From NCBI RefSeq assembly GCF_902652985.1, contig NC_047018.1:27590001-27654000 (forward strand): a stretch of DNA of 64,000 nt. Reading direction: 5' to 3'. Position 1 is the stretch's first letter; each line of letters starts with the position of its first letter. The stretch is from Pecten maximus (taxonomy: Eukaryota). Below, one piece after another: positions 39,656 to 50,000 of this stretch. The notes beneath the pieces are model-generated. The model was not told where the DNA came from, searched no databases, and saw nothing but the letters and a program-made list of their open reading frames with translations. A program made the translations under genes and the position numbers.

Positions 39656-42600
39656 ATGGCTGGACTTCAAATCAATAATGTGGTCAGCCTCAATGAAGGA
39701 ACTGACCCTGACCAGATGACCATCAAACCTGAACCAGTGGATGAGGGATATGATGCAGCTCTCACAAGTACAACAGATGAATCAACCACATTATCGGACC
39801 AAGGTGCTGCAATGACCAACCAAGGTGCTGCAATGACCAACAATGACAGCAAGAATGCCACTGACATCACTTTTCCGAGTGGAGACTCGAGTAAGAGGCT
39901 AAGAGGAATACTGAGCAACATGCTCAGTGATACTAGCAAGGAACTTTCTGTCAAAACTGTAATCGAGGATCTTCTACAGAAAAACGAATACCTACTGGCA
40001 CAAAACAATGCTGGATTGTATAAACCCCAACCAAGAAACATGTCCTACAAAAAGTATGATGATGTCAATTCAAAGTATTACCCACAGGCTTCAGCTTCTG
40101 TTTACAATATAAACAATGGTCCAACTGTGTCCAAACCTGGTATGTCAGCAATCCTACGTCCTGGAAGTCCAACGCTAACTTGTCCCGCACCCAAAAAGGA
40201 AAATACAATATTGGAGCTGGGTGTGTTGGAAAGCAAGACGGAACAAATCCTGAGCAATACCTCACAGGAGGTTGTGTGTGGTGTAGCCTCCAAGGCTTTT
40301 ATCATGACACAGGAAGGAGTAAACATCCAGACTGATCTACAGTTTTATTGGTGCAACTTCTGTCCGTTAAAAACTGAATCAAAACAGAATCTGCTAAGTC
40401 ATGTTTTGGAACATAGATTTCATTGTAAGACATGTGAATACCAGTCGTTTTCAAGGGCTGATGTCATCAGGCATGCTGTACACGAACATTCTGATTTCTA
40501 TGAAACTGCAAAAACCTTGAAATTTTGCACTTTCTTGCCAGATCTTGAACAGAAGACAGAAAATTCCAGTAACTCTGTTCACAAATCTTCCAAACGAAAG
40601 CTAAATGAGGAGTACAAAGATGCTGAAAAGAAAGCAAAAGTTGATGCTGTTGACAGGCAATCAACAGAAGATGGGAAAAGGCCATTGGAAGTTAAAGAAA
40701 AAACAAAAAAATCGCAAAAGAAAGACGATGACTATGAGTGCTTTGAAATGGAAGTAGATGAGGTTGATGATGACAATAATAACTATGAAAGTGAAGACGA
40801 AGATGATGAGGAGGAGGACAGGGCAACAGAAACCATTATAACTCCAAGCTCCAAAAAAGAAACCTCCAAAACACTGCCACTTTCTGTTCCAAACTTGCTG
40901 AAGCAGACACCTACTAAGGCACCAACACCAGCAGCTTCCAGTTCTAATATATCAGCAACATTGTCAACCAAAGCTTCTTCCACTCCGTCTTCAAAGGGAG
41001 GTAACACTGTAACAGTATCCTCTGGACTGTGCTGGAACTGTGGATACTGTGAATTTGTCACTTTGAGTCAAACTTTTCTCAAAACCCATCTCAACAGTCA
41101 ACACACTGGTAAAGCACATAAATATGTTGCAATGCTGGTATCGTCTCAGGAGGAAATGAACCGCATCAAGGAAAAGGATTCCACAATGTACCAAAGTCCA
41201 AATACAGCTGTTTATGGAAACCTTGGTGGTCAGCATTCAGCCTCAACATATACCCCAACCAACCCAGCTCCTATACCAGCTGCCATGACAACTGCTGTCA
41301 CTGGAACTATGAGTGCTAGCATCCCTGATCGCGATAATGCAGAGTATGATGATAGTGAAAGTGATGAAGATTTCATTCCAGCTGAGCAAAAGAAAAAATA
41401 TCCTCTAACATACAAATGTGCACACTGCAATTTTAATGCTCCTGTCTGTTTTAAGATCAAAGAACATCTACAAATCAAACATGTAGGTTGTGTGTTGTAC
41501 AGCCTCGATATGCGTGCTGTAAAGCTTAAACAGCGTCGTTATGTGTTCTTTTGTCATCGCAAGAATTGTTCATTCACCACCAAGAAAACTGAAGAATATT
41601 TAAACCATTCAGAGAGTTGCACTCCCTGGCTTGAACTTGGATGCCCAGAGAAAGTTGATGCTCCTTCCAAAAAGTGTCTAGAACTCACAAGGTCATTTTC
41701 ATCAAAGATTTCTCAAAAGGCTTTCCAAATGGCCAAGAATTTTAAGTCGTCCAAAACTGCTGAATATGCTTGTGTTCACTGTTCCTATACCTCAAATAAT
41801 AACACCCGTGTCAAGAAACATGTATTGTCTAACCATAAAGATAGCGACACTCTAATGAAGGATCTGCAGGCCCATCGTATGAAGAAAAAAATGTATGTGT
41901 ACTTCTGCAAGTACTGTCTGTGGGAGACCAGGAATGATGGGGAGCTCACCGACCATTTAAAAGACAAGCACAATGATTCTACTGTTGTTAATCCTGCTCC
42001 TAATCCACCTGAGGAAGAGCCGACTATGATGATGGAGATGCCAGCCACGTCCTCCCTTGTAGCAAACTCACCAACTGTAAGCATTGAAATGGACGAGTCC
42101 CCACCAACAACTACACCTGATGAATCGGCAAACAATTCTGAGGCAGGCGAATATGATGACAACTTTGATGATCTGGAAGTGCCACAAGATGTGATTCAGT
42201 CATTGATGGATGAGTATGTTACTCATGAGGCTTCCCACGGTGTGTCACCAGGTAGACCAACACGTAATGCTGCAGCTAAGGCACAGGTTCGGTGTCGAGC
42301 TCAAGGTCAGTCTCCTCAGCTGTTCCGCTGTGTACACTGTCCCCACATGTGCTTTGGGGTAAATTTGGTCAAGAAACATATGAAGGCAAAACACAGTAAT
42401 GAACCTTTACGCTCTATGGATCTGAAAAAGAAGATTGCACGATCATATGCTTATTACTGCTTCTGCCCTAAAGAAGCATGCACATTCTTACACACCTCGG
42501 AAGAGTCCGTTATAAAGCATGCACGTAATGACCATGGACTTTCTCAAGATCATGAGGAACTACAGCGACTTAATCAGCCAATGATAAGAGGTGGAGGAGG

Positions 42601-43042
42601 TAATCAGGTTCGACATGATGTTCAGTATGAATGTCTGTATTGTAATGCTAATGGTACAGGTGCTATCAAGACAAGTATGGAAAAAATGAGGAGACACATC
42701 CTAGAGGACCATGGTGGAGAGGAAGTCATTTTCCGAGACTGTGTTGCTAGGAAACTGAGAAAGACATCACGTATCTTTATGTGTGCTCACATGACATGTG
42801 GCTACAACACCACTGACCAGAAAGAGTATACCTTGCACCGTCTGGCACATGAGCAGTCCCATATCTACGAGTGTGCAAAGTGCCAGTGGTTCACTGCCAA
42901 CCCAGACACTGTGGCAGCGCACATGTCAGCCATGCATGCTGGGTCTCAAGTAACAACCATGGAGATCTTTCTTGATTTGGATGAGAAAGGAAATGTTGTC
43001 AAAAGAGTTGGTGGTACTGTAATTAAACAAGAACCAGAGTAA
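39656..43042 (+). CDS. 1128-aa multi-C2H2 zinc-finger protein (~12 atypical, widely spaced fingers; acidic and S/T/P-rich linkers)
   Basis: Long non-repetitive ORF; CxxC...HxxxxH motifs such as YKCAHCNFNAPVCFKIKEHLQIKH and YECAKCQWFTANPDTVAAHMSAMH; acceptor TTTTTCAG ending 39633. Confidence 0.93.
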   Translation: MAGLQINNVVSLNEGTDPDQMTIKPEPVDEGYDAALTSTTDESTTLSDQGAAMTNQGAAMTNNDSKNATDITFPSGDSSKRLRGILSNMLSDTSKELSVKTVIEDLLQKNEYLLAQNNAGLYKPQPRNMSYKKYDDVNSKYYPQASASVYNINNGPTVSKPGMSAILRPGSPTLTCPAPKKENTILELGVLESKTEQILSNTSQEVVCGVASKAFIMTQEGVNIQTDLQFYWCNFCPLKTESKQNLLSHVLEHRFHCKTCEYQSFSRADVIRHAVHEHSDFYETAKTLKFCTFLPDLEQKTENSSNSVHKSSKRKLNEEYKDAEKKAKVDAVDRQSTEDGKRPLEVKEKTKKSQKKDDDYECFEMEVDEVDDDNNNYESEDEDDEEEDRATETIITPSSKKETSKTLPLSVPNLLKQTPTKAPTPAASSSNISATLSTKASSTPSSKGGNTVTVSSGLCWNCGYCEFVTLSQTFLKTHLNSQHTGKAHKYVAMLVSSQEEMNRIKEKDSTMYQSPNTAVYGNLGGQHSASTYTPTNPAPIPAAMTTAVTGTMSASIPDRDNAEYDDSESDEDFIPAEQKKKYPLTYKCAHCNFNAPVCFKIKEHLQIKHVGCVLYSLDMRAVKLKQRRYVFFCHRKNCSFTTKKTEEYLNHSESCTPWLELGCPEKVDAPSKKCLELTRSFSSKISQKAFQMAKNFKSSKTAEYACVHCSYTSNNNTRVKKHVLSNHKDSDTLMKDLQAHRMKKKMYVYFCKYCLWETRNDGELTDHLKDKHNDSTVVNPAPNPPEEEPTMMMEMPATSSLVANSPTVSIEMDESPPTTTPDESANNSEAGEYDDNFDDLEVPQDVIQSLMDEYVTHEASHGVSPGRPTRNAAAKAQVRCRAQGQSPQLFRCVHCPHMCFGVNLVKKHMKAKHSNEPLRSMDLKKKIARSYAYYCFCPKEACTFLHTSEESVIKHARNDHGLSQDHEELQRLNQPMIRGGGGNQVRHDVQYECLYCNANGTGAIKTSMEKMRRHILEDHGGEEVIFRDCVARKLRKTSRIFMCAHMTCGYNTTDQKEYTLHRLAHEQSHIYECAKCQWFTANPDTVAAHMSAMHAGSQVTTMEIFLDLDEKGNVVKRVGGTVIKQEPE

Positions 43043-45063
43043 ATATTAACTAAATAGCATTGTTAGCTGATTTTATTTGATATTGACATGTATATTATCA
43101 TAAAATGTAGATTTAGAAGTTCTGATCATATTACTTGAATTCATGCAGTATAGACGGTGTTTAATTGAGAGTACTAGTGTTGCAATATGTCATACTAATG
43201 CAGGCATAGTAAATTAAATATAAGGCATACTGTACTTGATTAACATACTCCAGCATTTTTTTAATGAGCACTCAGGTGTGCTCGATTTCAGGCCCATGTT
43301 CTGCAGAACATTTGGCTATGTACTTAAATTCATGTCTGAAGCATATTCTGATCCATCTCTTGGGTTATGGTTTAAATTTGTAAACACTAGAATCAAAGAT
43401 AACAGATAATGGAACATTCAAAGCACCAGTATCTTATTAATGCATCAATCAATTTGATTGCCATGTTTTTTGTTGTTGTTTTTTTTAAACTAAAATGTGA
43501 TGTTCCTTTTATAAAAAATTTAATATTTTGATGAAATACTTTGGGATTATTTACTAGTTATTCCTTGGGGAAAAACATTTTAATTAAAAATTTTGAATTT
43601 TACATTGATGACCACAATGAAATAGCTATGATCATGATGATTAATTTCAAACCTGTACAGAAATGCATTAAATCATGATACGGCCAGTATTTGGTGTAAT
43701 TAGATGTACCTTGTCGGTATAAAGAATAGAAAAAGGCCCACATTTATTATTAATTATATTGGATCACACCTGGTGTTTTTACCAATGCTAATTAATTATA
43801 TAAGAGGACTTATGAGCTGTTGATCAGCATGTTTGATATGTAGTTTATTCAGGTCATGTCCTTGTGGAGTATGTTGCCATATTTTTCTTGAGTGCTAACA
43901 TATTACTGTTTATCTTGTCAAAACATGTATTTCAAGATTGCCCTCAAATCCTTATTAGAATCAAACAATCAATGAAATATAAAACATTCCTATGGCTACC
44001 AATACAGGTGTTGTTGCAGGGACAGTTTCTTAATGAGGCTAGCTGTTGAGTTAAGAATGAAGCAAACATTTATATATATATATACACACATGCGGTATAT
44101 AGAATCTGAATCATTCACACCATTATCTCACTACCATGTCTGGATCAAACACATCTACCTTAGCTGAAAGTTGTTGATGTTGAAATACAGTATTGTACTA
44201 CAGATATAGTAAATAAATATAAAGATATCATTTTCTTTGTGCTTTTAGCTAATCTGTCAAAGGGGAAGTGATCAAACAATTCTTTGTGCTTTTAGCTAAT
44301 CTGTCGAAGGGGAAGTGATAAACTATTTCTTTGTACTTTTGGCTAATCTGTCAAAGGGAAAGTGATTATGAGCTTATACTGTGGTGCAGTGTCCATCGTC
44401 AACATTTCCATTCAAACAACTTCATATACCAGGTAACCAAAGGCCCAGTGAACAATTGTATTGGGCCTGCAGCATGCACATAACAGCTACTAAGTTTGTT
44501 AAATGAATGACTTTGATCTACTTTGAAAGTCAAAGGGGTCGATTGTGCTAAAATCTCCAAAAATATGTTCATATCAATATTGATACATGTATATAAAAAC
44601 TGAAAAGGTCTGTCCTGAATACCACATCCGTGTTGGACAAATAAACTTTGAAATAGCAGTACAAAAGGTCAGGAATACAGGCAAATTGTTGAAAGCTTAT
44701 CAATATTTGGTTTTCGTAAAGTGTAGAAGTTTAGGTTACGAAAGTTTTCAGGACATCTGAGCAGAAGGGTTAGGATGACATAACTACATGTATTCTATAT
44801 ATGCATTGTGTTTCGTCTTTCATTTGCCACTGTGATTGATCTGAAACTTGCCATAAATGATAGTGCTTACCAAGTTATTTTTCTGGCAGGTCTGAAATCA
44901 AAGATGGCTGTCATCTTTAAAAACACATTTAAACTCCTTCACCAGTTCCACTGGTGCTGTTGAGCTGAAAGGAAACCGATAAAGTATACAACTTCTTCTA
45001 ACTTCTAGACTTTGAGTCACAATACTTGGCCGATAGGTTCTTTGGCAGAGGCCTGACAAAGTT

Positions 45064-45585
45064 AAACAAGAGGCCCAGAGGGCCTGTATCGCTCACCTGG
45101 ATTTCATGAGATATAAAAAAGAATGATGATTAAGTATATTTGTCACTGGTATTGCTATGAGTATATCATAGGCATTTTATATGCATACGTGAGGTTTTTA
45201 TGCCAAAAAATGCATTGGGATTACTACACAAATGTGAGCAATATCCATCGCTTAGTTTCAGAAAAGAAGTTGTTTAAACCCATTAACCCCGCCTTCTGCA
45301 CCCTGATGATCAGTTCCTTCCTTTATAAAATTTTGAATCCCTACCCAAAAGGATGCTACCAGTCAAATATGAGCTGTTTCAGAGAAGTTGTTCATATCAA
45401 TTTAGTCAAATTGACACCTTTTGGCCCCTATATTTGTACAATTTTGAGTTCCCATCCCATGGGGATGCTTCTGACCAAATTTGGTCAAATTCTGATCTGT
45501 GGTTATGAAGAAGTTGATTGTTGACGGACGGATGCTACGGTATGGCATAAGCTCACCTTGGTCCTTTGGACCAGGTGAGCTTAAA
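45064..45585 (+). mobile_element. HINE/pearl-like non-autonomous element
   Basis: AAACAAGAGGCCCAGAGGGCCT..GCTCACCTGG at the 5' end; GACGGACGGA and hairpin AAGCTCACCTTGGTCC-TTT-GGACCAGGTGAGCTT at the 3' end. Confidence 0.75.
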
Positions 45586-46858
45586 AGAAATTACCTTGAA
45601 CCACATGCAAGGTCACCTGGGTCAACATACTTGAAAGTTTTAGACATTTTCTCACTAACAAAGACTGAGTAATGATATTTGGACAATAGGTTCTTTTAAT
45701 GAAACCTGACAAAGTTTGCAAAAAGAAATTAACTCGACCCATATTCAAGATCACAGGCGTCAAATTTGTTAAAACATTCAAATGATGCCTGGTTGACCAA
45801 AAGTAAAAAAAAAAATCACAATGGCCGTTAGGTTCCTTATTATTAAGCTTCACAAACCACATTAAAGGTCGAGGTAAAAATTGTTCATGTATATGAGGGT
45901 TTGTTCTGATTACCAAAAAGAATGAAAGCTGTATAATCAACAAGTGACTACCAGATAAGCAATGCAGGCCAATTGGGCCTCTTGTTTTTAACACATTTTA
46001 AGTTCTCAAGTTCAACCAGTAGAATTTAGCTCAAACTTGTGTGAAAATGATCCGAGATGGCCCTGACCAAGTGGTGCAATTTTTTGGGTCGGTCTGAACA
46101 CCAAGATGGTCACCATTATGAAAACATTTTAACATAAACACAAACTACACAAACGTAAAGCTTTGAAGAACAAATAACGATTGGATGATCATTGTTATAT
46201 TTTAATATGGCATGACAAAAATGTTCTATGGACACACCAAATGTCAGTATAATATTGATTTAAATAGTATAATGCAAGGATTTGCTTAACAAAAAGGCAC
46301 CAATCGCTAGTCACATCTGTTCAACTTCCAGAGAATTTACTTTAATACCACATCTGTTGTTTGACAGTAAAATCATCAAGATTTAAAAACACAAAACCTT
46401 AACAAAGGATGCCCATATCTCTATATAAAAATCCTATATACAAATGAATGTCTTTACATTGCAAAATATATGTTTATTTATCAAAATATTCAACACAGAT
46501 GTCAAAGTCACATGTTTTTTTTCCTTATTGCCTTGAGCTATGAAGCATACAACTTAACTTTGACAATGCCCAATGCCTGGTATTAAACTGAACTAAAAAC
46601 AATCAAATCAAACTCTTATTTTTTAAGATCTAACAATGTTCAAACTTAAATGGTGCTAGCAAACTGATTGAGTATATTAACTGAATTACCCGACACTAAT
46701 GAAATATAATAACAAAGGGAAGTACCTGTAATAAATTAATAAACATTTGATTTATGTTTTAATATTTAAAATAAATTCAAAAATCTGTGGCAGTAGCAAA
46801 ATTCCTAAACATTATGAATGTATTTCTCGGGTCATTGGCCAATACATAAAAAAAGCGT

Positions 46859-47025
46859 TCAACAGTCCATTGACATCATAAGGTCATCATCATCCTCCAT
46901 TTCCTCTATACCACTCATATGACCTCGAGGGGTACCTTGGCTGTCGGCTACCTTTTCAGACTTTGGCGTTCCTTGTGACTGACTGGAGTGCTGTGAGCGG
47001 GGTGTGCTGGGGACGGCTCGAACAG
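46859..47025 (-). CDS. PRIM2: PRIM2 exon 12, low-complexity tail ending ...[15 protein letters not shown]
   Basis: TTACCAG acceptor, phase 1 compatible with exon 11, open to TGA at 46859-46861; acidic C-terminal peptide. Confidence 0.8.
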
Positions 47026-50000
47026 CTGGTAATCGGATAAAAAATTCAATTACTTCATTACAGAAAGTATCTTGACACAGAGATAGTTGTTCAATATATT
47101 AAAAACTTTCACAAATATTTTTTTTTATTAAAATGGAAATCACCCAAAAACATTTGAGATTGGAGAAGTAATCAAAGTATGACTTAGTGTGAGATAATTT
47201 TAGATCCGATTATTTGGGTCCTGGTCTTATATCTTATATTCTTCATGACTGGGCTGGTTTTTATAGCGAGTTAACAAATATTACAGTATCCCCTTCTCTA
47301 ATTTGGATACTATAGTACCCTAAACAAAATTTGCATGCAAAACAATAACATCCTATCAGTATGAATAAATTAATGATAATATTAAGTTCAAGAATTTTTT
47401 TAAATCAGATCATAAAATATATATTTTGGTAAAGTATCGATGGGAAAACAAGAAGCCTATTGCAGATACTGACCTTCCTTCTTGTCCCCACGGAGTATTC
47501 TCTGACTCTCCTCAAAGTACTGGTTAGGGTGATTTATACTGTTGATATCCTGTTCCTCAACGCCTGCATGTCTGGCCAGGAAGTGCTTTGTACACGCTAC
47601 CCCATAGTGGCCACCCTTTCACCTCACTCATGATCTGTATATAGATTTATTGTTCAAATACAAATCCAGCATCAGACATTTTTTTCAATGGAACAAGTGG
47701 CTAAAAACCTTAAACATTGTTTATTAAAAGTTGATAATAGTGAAAATCTAAAAGATGCACCATAGCTTTGCAATTAAAAGATTCTTTACTGAAGACTAAC
47801 CTGACATCAAATGATCTTTTTAGACAAATCATCCTAACTAATCAAAAGAGTATGTTTTACAAGATTTTCAGATATATGAACCTTACCTTTTCAATTTGAT
47901 CCTTTGATAAATTCTGTGCCCGCAACTTCTGTGCAAGAAGTGCTTCATCACAATGTTTAAATGGACACCCTGTGATGAGAAATCACAAAATTACATTATT
48001 ACAACCTAGAAGAATAGATGACCCTACTTCTGTTTGAGTTATGAAAGAATAATAATAATATTCAAACAATTTAAGATTATACTAAAATCTCTGACAAAAG
48101 ACAGTGGTAGTAAATGTAACACACAACACCGAAACAACAATGTGAGGTTTCATGAAGATATTTGCTAAAATAGACTAAGCACCAGTAAAATTGTTGGGAT
48201 TAGATTGCGAATTTGACCCCAAGCTGATGATTTTTTTCAGAATGACACATATCACACTAAATAGGAATACTGTATATGTATCAGAGTATTGATTTTATTT
48301 GTAGATTTGCAATAATGGGGACGTTAAGCCAGAGAAAATGTTTTAATTTGTCAAATTTGACATGACCTTGACTGGTCCAAAGGATATGAAGGTGGCATGT
48401 GACACTGTCTGGGGAAATGCAATGATATCTAGAACAAAGGCCGAGACAAGAATCTGAAGGGATGTATCAGACAGGTGTGGGTACAAAATATATATGGCCC
48501 TAGGGGTTTTATTCTGGGACATAAATAGAAACAATATCAATCTTGTTAAGCTTGAATTCCAGGGACATTAGATAAGTATAAGTATGATTAACCTCCGAGT
48601 GAAATTGTGAGTTACAGAGTATCCTTTTATTTGACATAGTACTTAGATACTGTAGTAACAACACTTCACAAAATAGATATCCTACCGTGGAAGTCGCCCT
48701 GTCCCGGGGCATTGGACATGATGATCTTCATACAACTGTAGGGAGTATAGTTGGCCCTCTTCCCTTCCTTACCATAGTTATGGCGGATATTATAGGAGTA
48801 ATTCTTGTCAAACTGAAACACATTTTGATCTTCAAACTACAAAATTACACTACTTCATGACAATGACATAGCAAATACAGAGTTTTTAGAAATATGAACT
48901 TTCAAAATTCTGTTGTTAGTTTTATTCACATAGTTCAGAATTCAGCAGTTAAAATTCAGTCCATACAACTAACGTTACATTGTGTATCGTAGTCAAACTT
49001 TAACAACAGAAGCTGACGGACTGTAACATTTACCTTGTCACCATCTATAAGTTTGGTGAACTCTTTTCTCCAAAAGGTCATAGCTTCCTCAAGTGACAAG
49101 CCGATTCCTTTAAGGAAGAGTCCATATTGCTGGCGACCCCCGTGACGTAGATGGTGGTCTCTTCTCATTGACTCGTGCAGCTGCTGCATACACATTGGAA
49201 AGGACTGTTTGGAGAGCTGAAGGTAGAAAACACAAACCTACCTGATGTTTCAGATAATTTTCTGGAGGACCTACTGGCATTTCTTTTAGTTTCATCAATA
49301 TTTTTGTTAATGTCTTGCTGCATTTTTCCGATTTGTACATCTATTAGTGACTCCAAAAATAAAACAGAGGCAAATATGTAATTTGGCAATATGATTTGTT
49401 GGCCAAAAAATGATCATATTTCAAATGTCAAGAACAGATTATTGATTGGTATTTCATATTTCAATATTTTTAATATCATGTCCACTGAAGAAATATCTTT
49501 ATTGGATCCAAAATTTTTTTTAGCATCAATTTCTCTCTCTCTCTACTTGGATATATAAACAGCAAAACCGTCGATCAGACCATCCGTGGCCTTGACTGCT
49601 GAACTTACCATCTCTACCATATCTGCTGTGATCTGCCCTACATTGGTCTTTTTTGAGGTGTAGTCTTTCCCGACATAGCGCTTACTTAGTCCACACACCA
49701 TTGGCAGCAGTCTGTCGTCCTCCTCCAGATGAGGAAGAGCTCGACATGTCACCTTATCAAATATATATGTACCTCAATAAAGGTCAAAGTTACATGATAA
49801 ACAAGTATGCCAAACAATAAATGCATGTCCCATGACAAAATAATATACATTTCGGGGGGTCATTTCCTATACAGTTTTTATGTATTTTATGCATTTTGAT
49901 GCAAGAATGTAACTAGAACTGTCGCCAGGATGGCTGACTAATACCCCCGCAATCTGCACGAGTCAATGGTGAATTGGAACTGTTAATTAGAGGCTAACTA

